DNA of 64,000 nt from an uncultured Pseudomonadales bacterium (GTDB lineage: Bacteria; Pseudomonadota; Gammaproteobacteria; Pseudomonadales; JBECKS01): contig CAZKYI010000003.1 of assembly GCA_964557005.1 (NCBI GenBank), positions 22,378 through 86,377 of the forward strand, in the 5' to 3' direction. Positions 37,783 to 46,334 of the stretch are shown one piece after another; positions within the stretch are counted from its first letter, which is position 1, and every line of letters starts with the position of its first letter. The notes below the pieces were generated by a model, which was not told where the DNA came from, made no database searches, and saw nothing but the letters and a program-made list of their open reading frames with translations. A program made the position numbers and the translations under genes.

Positions 37783-38436
37783 ATGGACATGAAAGACATT
37801 CAACTTCTGGTTGATTACTTGTTTCGCTGGGGTCATTTTCTATTCGGTATTACCTGGATAGGCATGCTCTACTACTTTAACTTTGTACAAGGTGAATACT
37901 TCAAGGAAGCAGAGCCTTCCGCAAAAGGTGATGCGGTTAAAAAACTGGCGCCCCGTGCACTTTGGTGGTTTCGCTGGGGCGCAATGGGTACTTTCCTGAC
38001 AGGCGTTTTGCTGTTCGCCCACATGATGCCCAGAGCCAATATCCATATTTATGCTGGCATGTTGCTCGGTACCCTGATGTTCCTCAATGTCTGGTTGATT
38101 ATCTGGCCTAATCAGAAAATCGTATGCGGTATTGTCGAAGGCGATGCGGCCAAAGCAGGCCCCAAAGCCTTGCTCGCTTCACGCACCAATGTGCTGTTTT
38201 CTGCACCCATGTTATTTTTTATGGGCGCATCAACGCATCTGGGCGGCGGTTTAGCCCAAGCTCCCATCAGCGCGACTGGCTTCACCATCGGCCTGGCTGC
38301 CATACTGGTGGTGATTGCTGCACTGGAAGCCAATGCCATTTTTGGCAAACTGGTCGGTGCAATCACTTCCGTCAAAGCCGTGATTCATAGCAGCATCGCA
38401 TTGACGGTTGTGTTATTCGGTTTGAGCTTTATCTAG
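37783..38436 (+). CDS. Integral membrane protein resembling the N-terminal membrane domain of urate hydroxylase PuuD
   Basis: The pattern LFRWGHFLFGITWIGMLYYFNF and about 5 TM helices. There is no cytochrome c domain. The assignment is from memory. Confidence 0.45.
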   Translation: MDMKDIQLLVDYLFRWGHFLFGITWIGMLYYFNFVQGEYFKEAEPSAKGDAVKKLAPRALWWFRWGAMGTFLTGVLLFAHMMPRANIHIYAGMLLGTLMFLNVWLIIWPNQKIVCGIVEGDAAKAGPKALLASRTNVLFSAPMLFFMGASTHLGGGLAQAPISATGFTIGLAAILVVIAALEANAIFGKLVGAITSVKAVIHSSIALTVVLFGLSFI

Positions 38437-38446
38437 ATTCAAAACC

Positions 38447-38484
38447 AACCCCATCCTGACCCTCCCCTTTTTTAAGGGGAGGGA
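38447..38484. repeat. GC-rich hairpin repeat, left copy flanking vapBC (also terminator-like)
   Basis: AACCCCATCCTGA-CCCTCCCCTT-TTTT-AAGGGGAGGG: a 10-bp stem followed by GTTTT. It matches 39204-39241 at 32 of 38 nt by hand alignment. Confidence 0.8.
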
Positions 38485-38511
38485 GTTTTGATAGCTATCC
38501 CGTTTTCGCAT

Positions 38512-38907
38512 TCACTCAAACCAGTTTTCAATTTGCAGTTTTTGAATTCTGGAAAACTCTTTAGTGTTATTCGTGACAAGCACCGCATTATTGGCAATAG
38601 CCGTACCTGCGATAAGCAAATCATAAGGACCAATGGGTGTACCCTTCGCCTCCAGCTTTGTACGGACATTGGCTGCCAGTTTCGATTCTGCCCTGCCAAA
38701 GGGTAATACATTCACAATCGAACAAATTTCCTCCAACTGTTGCTGCCGCTTTTTTGGAGCGCTTGATTTGGCTATACCATATTCCAGCTCATAGATAACG
38801 ATAGCGGGTATTCCTATATCCTTGGGTGATACAGCCAACAAGCGTTGGGGAACCTTTCCCAAACCTTTAAAAAAATAAATCAGGGTATTGGTATCAAGCA
38901 CATACAT
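38512..38907 (-). CDS. vapC: PIN-domain ribonuclease toxin VapC
   Basis: MYVLDTNTLIYFF, conserved acidic residues, VTNNTKEF near the C-terminus. The start overlaps the vapB stop by 1 nt (TGATG). Confidence 0.85.
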   Translation of the reverse strand: MYVLDTNTLIYFFKGLGKVPQRLLAVSPKDIGIPAIVIYELEYGIAKSSAPKKRQQQLEEICSIVNVLPFGRAESKLAANVRTKLEAKGTPIGPYDLLIAGTAIANNAVLVTNNTKEFSRIQKLQIENWFE

Positions 38908-39137
38908 CAGAGTGGCTCTCTTTGAATGTCAGTGCTGTAAACCGCACGAACATCTTCCAGTGAAGGAAAATCACCCCAACTGCCCGCCATACCCACCACA
39001 GATTGCGGCCATTCATTTGCGACCTTCTCCTGCACAATACTGGCAATCCACTTGCTTTTGGATATCTTGGCCGCACGCACAGCCGCATTCATTTTTTGTT
39101 CAATTTCATCATCCAGATAAATGGTTACCTGACCCAT
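38907..39137 (-). CDS. vapB: Ribbon-helix-helix antitoxin (VapB-like)
   Basis: The N-terminus MGQVTIYLDDEIEQKMNAAVRAAKISKSKWI is RHH-like. The ATG at 39137 has a GAGGTGA Shine-Dalgarno. Confidence 0.7.
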   Translation of the reverse strand: MGQVTIYLDDEIEQKMNAAVRAAKISKSKWIASIVQEKVANEWPQSVVGMAGSWGDFPSLEDVRAVYSTDIQREPL

Positions 39138-39203
39138 ATCATCACCTCTCAAATATATGTGTCATTATATGTGTTGGTAACGAATTATCAACGAGTTTTA
39201 CTA

Positions 39204-39272
39204 AACCCCACCCTAACCCTCCCCTTACAAAAGGGGAGGGAACTTTAGCTCCTCCCCCTGTCAAGGGGGAGG
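39204..39272. repeat. GC-rich hairpin repeats, right flank of vapBC (two hairpins)
   Basis: Hairpin A is CCCTCCCCTT-ACAA-AAGGGGAGGG (39217-39240), with the same 5' leader as the left copy. Hairpin B is CCTCCCCCT-GTCA-AGGGGGAGG (39251-39272). Confidence 0.8.
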
Positions 39273-39373
39273 CTGGAAGGGGGTGATACCTATTCCATTG
39301 CACCTACAAAAATACTTGAATGACTGTCTGGTTTTTACTAGCTGCACTGCTCCGCTTGCTGATAACAACCAGA

Positions 39374-40039
39374 CTAATACGCCCGACCTGTTACCTGAAC
39401 AAAACGTAACAAGGGTGCATCACTTCTTGGCATCATTTGCAAACGCCGTTTGTTCACCACCAGATTGCTCGCATCAAAACATGCCAACCACCCGGAACGG
39501 GTTTGCAAGCATTCACCATCACCATGTATTTCAGCACTATCTGAAAATAAATGTTCCACCTGTGCATAGGTCACACCTATCTTCATACCCTTCACACCAT
39601 CAAATTTTGGATCACGGGTTTGTATAAACCTGACATACACGGGTTTGCCTTTGAACTGGTTATGAGGCGTGGTACTGCAATCATCAAAACCCGTTGGTGC
39701 TTCACAATTCACCGCAATTTCATAGCGAATATCACGATAATCTGCCTGATAGGCAGGGTGCGCAAAACTCTTTAACAAATAGGGAATCACTTTCAGGTTC
39801 GGTGCCCTGCCAGGAATAATATCTTCATTCAGTGAAGGCAAACGATTCAACTGTAGCGGTGGTTGCGGTTCGGTTTCGCGAATCAAATCCGCATAAGTTC
39901 TTGCCTGAATCAGCGGTTTATATTGCTCAAGAATTTTTTGCTGTTTTTGAATTTCAGTTTCTGCAAGGCTTGCGCTGCAAAAACCAAACATCGCCAATAA
40001 CATTAAAAATGTTTGTGTGTGTGAACTGATTTTTGTCAT
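39374..40039 (-). CDS. Hypothetical exported protein
   Basis: Signal peptide (FLMLLAMFGFCSASLA) from the ATG at 40039, which has a GGGAG Shine-Dalgarno. I recognise no family. It lies immediately downstream of the M48/LemA genes. Confidence 0.45.
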   Translation of the reverse strand: MTKISSHTQTFLMLLAMFGFCSASLAETEIQKQQKILEQYKPLIQARTYADLIRETEPQPPLQLNRLPSLNEDIIPGRAPNLKVIPYLLKSFAHPAYQADYRDIRYEIAVNCEAPTGFDDCSTTPHNQFKGKPVYVRFIQTRDPKFDGVKGMKIGVTYAQVEHLFSDSAEIHGDGECLQTRSGWLACFDASNLVVNKRRLQMMPRSDAPLLRFVQVTGRAY

Positions 40040-40058
40040 TTTCAAACTCCCTGATTGA

Positions 40059-42017
40059 TTATTCATCAGACACCTCATACTTCAACATCGGCATCGGGCA
40101 ATCGAGCAAAATCGCCAAGGCTCTGAGCAATTCATATTCTGCGTAGGCAACCTGCCCATCGACTTCAATGCAACAGATGCAGGCTTTTAACAAGGCGGGT
40201 TTTTGCAAGGGAAATAAATGCGAGAAATGTACCACCGCTTTATTCAACTCGTTCAGGTTAAGCGCCTGCTTGCCGAGTATCGGAAGTTCACGTAGAGAAA
40301 GCATTGCACAGGCTTGCTGCATCGCCTGTTTTTTTAACTTTTGTTCATGCGTCATATCCAGCATGTAGGACAATACCATCTGAACTTCTTTTTCAAGCCT
40401 GGCAAAACTGCGGTATTTTGGATTGATGGCTCTAACAACCTGAAACTGCGGTTTGAGATATTGCACCAGAATACTGTGCAGTATCCATTCGAATAAATCG
40501 ATTTGACCATCTGCTTTAATCAGTTCAACCAGTGCTTTCAAAAAAATCTGATATTCCTCAAAGCTCATTTGCTTCAATGCAGCGACAGATAACTCCAGCA
40601 AACTCATCAGTTCTCTTCTGCTACAAGCAGATACAGCAGCCAACAATTCAGAAAACTGCTGGTAATCCAATGCAAAATGGCTGTTTAAATTCTCTAATTG
40701 TTTTGCTTGTAGCTGATGATTGTCTGACACCAACATCGCAAGCACCAAGTGTTGTGCATCACTCTTTCGATGCGCCAGTTCGTGCAATTTAATATCAATC
40801 TTCGCAACACTGTGTTCTGCGGCCTGCACACTTTCATCATTTTGTTCACCCTGCTCAACAACACGCGCAAGTATTGCGCCTGCAACAACAGCACCTGCTA
40901 CGGCTGTTTTTGTTGCACTGTGTTTTTCAGCGGTGGTTTTCTTTTCAGCTACCCTGTCTTCATTTGCCATTTTAAGATACAGGCCATTCCAGTTTGGCTC
41001 GATTCTTCTGATGCGTTCTTCCAATGCGGGGTGTGTGGAAAACCAGCTATTCCATGTGTTTGAAAATTTCTGTGACAAGGCATTGCTAAAAAACAGGTGG
41101 CTCATTTCATGCGCATGCGCAGCATGTACAAGCGAACCAAAACGCGAACCGCCAATCAGTTTCAGTGCACCACTAATGCCTTCAGGATTACGTGTAAATT
41201 GAACCGCGCTGGCATCTGCAAGAAATTCCCGCTGACGACTCACAGCTGCTTTAATCAGGGAACCAAAAAAAGTACCAACATAACCCACTGCCACCAATGC
41301 AAAACCCACCAGGGCGATCGCACTGCCAGAATCCTTGCTTGAGCGCCGACTTCGCGTGCTGCCAAAACTGCGCACAATAAACCAGCCACTCTGGCCAATG
41401 AACAAAATGCCCGACAACACCGCAATCAGGTTAATGTTCAAACGCATATCGCCATTCAAAATGTGGCTGAACTCATGTGCTACCACACCTTGTAATTGAT
41501 CGCGCGTTAAATTCTGTACTGCACCTTTTGAAAGGCCAATCACAGCATCACTGGTATTAAACCCTGCCGCAAACGCATTGATGCTCATTTCTGGTAACAA
41601 ATAAACATTGGGGACAGGCATACCTGAAGCAATCGCCATTTCTTCCACCACATTGAGCGCCATTTTTTCGCGATGATCCTGAGTATCGGTAGCGAGTAAT
41701 TTTCCACCCAAACGCTCGGCGATGACTTTTCCACCCCCGCTTAATTCCATGCGTTTGAAAAAAATAACCATCGCAATTAAAGACACGACCGTCACACTGA
41801 TTTTTGCAATCAATGCTACATTGAAGTGCTGTGTAAAATCCTCAAAACTTTGCACAGGGAGTTGCTGTTTCTGCACCAGCGAAGCGTCGAACAGCCAAAG
41901 ACTGCCTATGAACACCAGATTGGTAATTAACACCAATAAAAAAACAGCCAGACTAAATAGAAACACCAAACGCTTCGTGCTTTTTCGCGCTTGTTCCTGC
42001 TGTTCAAAAAAATTCAT
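40059..42017 (-). CDS. M48 family zinc metallopeptidase (HtpX-like) with C-terminal TerB-like repeats
   Basis: It has N-terminal TM helices, the zinc site VAHEFSHILNGD and a downstream glutamate. The C-terminal half has ADGQIDLFE and VDGQVAYAEYE motifs resembling TerB domains. Confidence 0.8.
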   Translation of the reverse strand: MNFFEQQEQARKSTKRLVFLFSLAVFLLVLITNLVFIGSLWLFDASLVQKQQLPVQSFEDFTQHFNVALIAKISVTVVSLIAMVIFFKRMELSGGGKVIAERLGGKLLATDTQDHREKMALNVVEEMAIASGMPVPNVYLLPEMSINAFAAGFNTSDAVIGLSKGAVQNLTRDQLQGVVAHEFSHILNGDMRLNINLIAVLSGILFIGQSGWFIVRSFGSTRSRRSSKDSGSAIALVGFALVAVGYVGTFFGSLIKAAVSRQREFLADASAVQFTRNPEGISGALKLIGGSRFGSLVHAAHAHEMSHLFFSNALSQKFSNTWNSWFSTHPALEERIRRIEPNWNGLYLKMANEDRVAEKKTTAEKHSATKTAVAGAVVAGAILARVVEQGEQNDESVQAAEHSVAKIDIKLHELAHRKSDAQHLVLAMLVSDNHQLQAKQLENLNSHFALDYQQFSELLAAVSACSRRELMSLLELSVAALKQMSFEEYQIFLKALVELIKADGQIDLFEWILHSILVQYLKPQFQVVRAINPKYRSFARLEKEVQMVLSYMLDMTHEQKLKKQAMQQACAMLSLRELPILGKQALNLNELNKAVVHFSHLFPLQKPALLKACICCIEVDGQVAYAEYELLRALAILLDCPMPMLKYEVSDE

Positions 42018-42037
42018 CCTTCAACACAGATGCGCAA

Positions 42038-42634
42038 TTAAAAGCTGACTTTGGGTGCTATTTTTATTTGTGCGCTGTCTTCAAATTCTAACAATGCGGC
42101 ATCTTGCACATGCCCCAAAAAGCCTGCAAAAAATACTGGCGGGAAACTTTGTTTATAGGTGTTGTATGCGGTCACTGCATCGTTAAAAGCCTGTCTTGAA
42201 AACGCCACCTTGTTTTCGGTTGATTTCAGCTCTTCGCTTAACTGCATCATGTTTGCACTGGCTTTTAAATCAGGATAAGCCTCCATCACCACATTCAAAC
42301 GCCCCAAGGCACTTTGCAATTGCCCTTCTGCACCTTGCAGCTTGCGCATGGCTTTTGCATCGGTCTGATTGTGTGCAACAGCGGCCAGACCATTGGCGGC
42401 TTCGTTTCTGGCTTTGATGACCGCTTCAAGTGTTTCTTTTTCATGCTTGAGATAAGCGCGTGCTGTTTCCACCAGATTGGGAATCAGGTCGTAGCGTCGT
42501 TTGAGTTGAACTTCAATTTGTGAAAAGGCATTTTCAAAACGATTTTTCAAGGCGACCAAACGGTTAAACACAGACACCACATAAACCACCAAGCCAATGA
42601 GTGCACCCCAGAAAATAATGGTTGAAATACTCAT
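42038..42634 (-). CDS. lemA: LemA family protein
   Basis: It has an N-terminal TM, then NRLVALKNRFENAFSQIEVQLKRRYDLIPNLVE, a typical LemA sequence. Confidence 0.85.
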   Translation of the reverse strand: MSISTIIFWGALIGLVVYVVSVFNRLVALKNRFENAFSQIEVQLKRRYDLIPNLVETARAYLKHEKETLEAVIKARNEAANGLAAVAHNQTDAKAMRKLQGAEGQLQSALGRLNVVMEAYPDLKASANMMQLSEELKSTENKVAFSRQAFNDAVTAYNTYKQSFPPVFFAGFLGHVQDAALLEFEDSAQIKIAPKVSF

Positions 42635-42701
42635 AACTCGCTCCTGAATTCAGAATATAAAGCCCGAATAATGCCATTGGGCGATGGAAAAGCAAGAGCG
42701 T

Positions 42702-43721
42702 CTAAATGCGCGGCTGCCTGCAAAGGAAATTCAGATAAAACAAGGCGGCCATTAACAAAGCGCCAACACCATTATGGGCAGTGGCAATAGCTATCGGTAA
42801 ATTGAAAATAACATTACTCAGACCGAGCGCCACCTGTAACACAAGCAAGCCCAAGACCAGCCAGACAATCTTGCGGCTATAACTCTGAATCTGCGCACGT
42901 AACATGTTCACCAGCAAAACCAGTAACAAGCCTGTCACTAACAAGGCGAACACGCGGTGCAACACATGAATGGTTACGCGTGCATCATGGCTCAACAAGC
43001 CAAATTCATAATCCTTGCCGTGGTGATAAGGCGCACTGAAAGCCTCGATGAAATCGATTTTTCCAATCCAGCCTGCTTCACATACAGGTAACTGTGTACA
43101 CACCAGCGCTGCATAGTTGGCGCTCATCCAGCCACCCAGACCAATCTGAATCAGCAACACCACAAAACACAGCGCAGCCAGTTTGCCAAATGGTTTCAGT
43201 GCTTCGTCCGCCCTCAAGGGTTGAAGATTGAATACTCTGGCCGCGAGAATGCTTAACAGGGCAAAGGTAAAAAAGCCGCCGAACAAATGCCCAACCACAG
43301 TCGGTGGATACAGTTTCATGGTGACTGTCCACATGCCCAAGGCACCCTGAAAACACACCAGAATGAACAAAATCCACGGAAGATGCCCCCATTTCGCGGC
43401 AAGCTGTGCATCTTTGCGGCTCACCCACAGTGCGCCCATCGCCATCAACATAATCAGCAAACCCAGTTTCGATGCGAAATAACGATGCACCATCTCCGGC
43501 CAGGTTTTGTGTGCTTCTCTCAAGCTGCCAGGGCTTTCAGTATTGATGCGCTCGACATGCTCCATCGCGTTACGAAAATCAAGATAACCATAACAGCCCG
43601 GCCAGTCCGGACAGCCCAGACCTGCATCACTCAGACGGGTAAAAGCACCCAGAGGAATCACCGCTGTGATAATCAATAGAGCCAATATCAGCAGGATTTT
43701 CAGCACAGTATTCATAGGCAT
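42702..43721 (-). CDS. ctaA: Heme A synthase (COX15/CtaA)
   Basis: TRLSDAGLGCPDWPGCYG, conserved His residues in TM helices (HRYFA, HRVFA), about 8 TM. Confidence 0.8.
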   Translation of the reverse strand: MPMNTVLKILLILALLIITAVIPLGAFTRLSDAGLGCPDWPGCYGYLDFRNAMEHVERINTESPGSLREAHKTWPEMVHRYFASKLGLLIMLMAMGALWVSRKDAQLAAKWGHLPWILFILVCFQGALGMWTVTMKLYPPTVVGHLFGGFFTFALLSILAARVFNLQPLRADEALKPFGKLAALCFVVLLIQIGLGGWMSANYAALVCTQLPVCEAGWIGKIDFIEAFSAPYHHGKDYEFGLLSHDARVTIHVLHRVFALLVTGLLLVLLVNMLRAQIQSYSRKIVWLVLGLLVLQVALGLSNVIFNLPIAIATAHNGVGALLMAALFYLNFLCRQPRI

Positions 43722-43871
43722 TCACAACAGCAGCAAAATTTGGCGGCAAGCCTACCCTTGCGGTTTGGGAGCGTCAACTTCACCGCTGGCACTGAAAATC
43801 AGTGCGTGTTGAGGGTGCCTACCTTTTCAGGTAAAGTCCGCCTCCCTTCTGTTTGCTCAAAATTTAAGCAC

Positions 43872-44618
43872 ATGCCTGAAGCCACGCCCTGGCGCTTCCA
43901 ATTCAAACTGATCAATACTCTGGTGATGCTTGTCGGTGTGAGTGTGTGTTTGTATCTGGCCTATTGGCAGGCAGGCAGAGTGGCAGAGAAAACCCTGCTG
44001 CAAGCCAGACATGACGCTTTACTCCATGCCACGCCCTGGCGCTTGAATGACATAGATGAGGCAAGCCTCGCCAATCTAACCGAACATGCCTGGCAGCCTG
44101 TCAGTGTGGAAGGCGTTTTTCTTCCCCAATATGCTTTCTTTCTCGATTCACAGGTCTATCAAGGCAAGGCGGGCTATCACTACATTGTTCCCTTGCATAT
44201 ACCTGATAACAACACGGTGATTCTGGTTAATCTTGGCTGGATTTCAGCAGGTGCAGATCGCCAGCAACTGCCTGAGTTTCCTGAAATCACAACACCTCAA
44301 CCGATTACAGGACAACTGGCCAAACCCAGAGCTGCGATGGCAAGGTTTCAGCAACACAGTGATGCTGCCTTGCAACTGTTTATTAATTTTGAGGCGCTTT
44401 CTGCTAGAATCGCCGCCGCTGAAAAGAGCACGTTTGTAATACTTCCCATGATTTTGCAACTCGATGAACAGGCCTCAGGCGGTTTGCCGAGAGCATGGCC
44501 AAAATTTGATGCCAATATCGCAATGCACGAATTCTATGTAGCGCATTGGCTGATTGCCGCCTTATTGATTGTGCTGCTGTATGTTTATTTTGCGCGCAAG
44601 AAACCACCACAGGATTAA
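43872..44618 (+). CDS. SURF1 family cytochrome oxidase assembly protein
   Basis: N-terminal TM then YWQAGRVAEK, NLGWI, and a C-terminal TM. I chose the ATG at 43872 over the listed upstream TTG-type start. Confidence 0.7.
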   Translation: MPEATPWRFQFKLINTLVMLVGVSVCLYLAYWQAGRVAEKTLLQARHDALLHATPWRLNDIDEASLANLTEHAWQPVSVEGVFLPQYAFFLDSQVYQGKAGYHYIVPLHIPDNNTVILVNLGWISAGADRQQLPEFPEITTPQPITGQLAKPRAAMARFQQHSDAALQLFINFEALSARIAAAEKSTFVILPMILQLDEQASGGLPRAWPKFDANIAMHEFYVAHWLIAALLIVLLYVYFARKKPPQD

Positions 44619-44624
44619 TGACCA

Positions 44625-45266
44625 ATGACCGAAAATAGTGCTCCTGCCCCTTCAAAAACCATCAGTCAAACCAAAGCCATAATTGTGGTAGGGCTGATGT
44701 TTGCGATGTTTTTTGTCCCCTACCTCTACATTATGTATGTGTTTAAAACAGGCGAACTACCCGACACAGGCACCAATGAAAAAGGCATCTTCTTCAAACC
44801 GTTCATTTCCATGCACGAACACAGCTTCAAGGCGCTCGATGAAAAACATTGGCAAGCCGATGTTATAAAAAATCAGGGCACATGGGTGATTATGAGTTTC
44901 GCTGATGAGCAGTGTGAACAAGCCTGCTTCGACAGCATTTTCAATGCGCAACAAGGCATCAGTGCGCTGACGCGATACAAAGGCAGGGTTGAACACATTA
45001 TTCTGGCAGACAAAACTCTCTCGGCATCTGCGGAACTGCAAAGCATCAGCCATCTCAAACATTTTTCCTATTTGCTGGAAGATCAAACCCTGATGCCTGC
45101 AATCAAGACGCAAATCAAACTCGATAATCTGAATAACAGTCAGGTCATTATGGACCCAGAATCACAGTTATTATTGTTCTATTCAGCCGAGCATTCCATT
45201 CAGGAAGTCTTGCGTGATATTCAGCGCCTGTTACAAAGTTCCGTTAACCACTACAGCAGCCATTAG
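44625..45266 (+). CDS. Membrane-anchored protein of the oxidase-assembly cluster (CxxxC motif, SCO/thioredoxin-like?)
   Basis: One N-terminal TM and the motif FADEQCEQAC. It sits between SURF1 and ctaB, where I recall an uncharacterised gene sitting in Pseudomonas cox clusters. Confidence 0.4.
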   Translation: MTENSAPAPSKTISQTKAIIVVGLMFAMFFVPYLYIMYVFKTGELPDTGTNEKGIFFKPFISMHEHSFKALDEKHWQADVIKNQGTWVIMSFADEQCEQACFDSIFNAQQGISALTRYKGRVEHIILADKTLSASAELQSISHLKHFSYLLEDQTLMPAIKTQIKLDNLNNSQVIMDPESQLLLFYSAEHSIQEVLRDIQRLLQSSVNHYSSH

Positions 45267-45268
45267 CC

Positions 45269-46186
45269 ATGAGCGAACCTCTCAACATGCCTCTTCATAA
45301 CAGCGCACCGCTATGGAAGCGCTATCTGGAACTCACCAAGCCTGGCGTGGTGTTGCTCATCGTGTTCACTGCGATTGTGGGCATGCTGCTTTCGACACCA
45401 GGTGCTATTCCTCTGGATGTATTTATTTTTGGAAACCTGGGCATTGCACTGGCAGCAGGTTCAGGCGCTGCGGTGAATCATTATGTTGACCAGCACATTG
45501 ATCAGCAAATGGACAGAACCAAAGACAGACCACTTGTTGAAGGTGACATCAGTAGTCGCTCAGCCCTGATTTTTGCCTTGCTGATTGGTGCACTCGGTCT
45601 GGTATTACTGCAAATATTCACCAATACCCTCACCACTATTTTGACGTTTCTTTCTGCGATTGGTTATGCGGTGATTTACACCATCTACCTGAAACGCTCT
45701 ACGCCCCACAACATTGTTTGGGGAGGTGCTGCGGGCGCTGCGCCACCCATTCTTGGCTGGGCGGCGGTTACTGGTGAAGTGCCTGCTGAAGCACTGCTGT
45801 TGTTTTTGATTATTTTTATCTGGACTCCCCCGCACTTCTGGGCTTTGGCGATCAAGCGCGCCGACGAATATGCGAAGGTCGATGTGCCGATGTTGCCAGT
45901 AACCCATGGTATTCCTTTCACCAAACAGCATGTTTTTCTCTATACCCTGATGCTGTTTGCTGTCACCCTGCTGCCCTTTGTCATTCACATGAGCGGTTTG
46001 ATTTATCTGTGTGGTGCCATCGCGCTGGGCATTGGATTCATTGTCAGCGCATGGCGCTTGCTGACACGCGAAGATGAAGCGCAACCGATGAAAACCTTTG
46101 CCTATTCGATTATTTATTTATCCGCACTGTTTGCTTTTTTACTGGCCGACCACTACGCACGTATTTTTATTCGCGGCCTGATGTAA
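45269..46186 (+). CDS. ctaB: Protoheme IX farnesyltransferase (heme O synthase)
   Basis: UbiA-type motifs NHYVDQHIDQQMDRTKDRPL and WTPPHFWALA. Confidence 0.9.
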   Translation: MSEPLNMPLHNSAPLWKRYLELTKPGVVLLIVFTAIVGMLLSTPGAIPLDVFIFGNLGIALAAGSGAAVNHYVDQHIDQQMDRTKDRPLVEGDISSRSALIFALLIGALGLVLLQIFTNTLTTILTFLSAIGYAVIYTIYLKRSTPHNIVWGGAAGAAPPILGWAAVTGEVPAEALLLFLIIFIWTPPHFWALAIKRADEYAKVDVPMLPVTHGIPFTKQHVFLYTLMLFAVTLLPFVIHMSGLIYLCGAIALGIGFIVSAWRLLTREDEAQPMKTFAYSIIYLSALFAFLLADHYARIFIRGLM

Positions 46187-46334
46187 GCCACTTTACAGGC
46201 AATTCAGATTGGGTTCAGCCAAAATGGCTATAACACGCCAACGCGCCCTGTATTTGTCGCTTCACGAAATAATTGTTACTGGCACCCTGTGCTTAAATCC
46301 ATACTTTCACTTTCTACCCTAAAGGTTAGTCCCC

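Noticed and set aside
38888-39286. 132-aa plus-strand ORF ending …PLTKGEGTLAPPPVKGEAGRG
   Set aside because: It is antisense to vapB, and its C-terminus is simply the translated GC-rich hairpin repeats.
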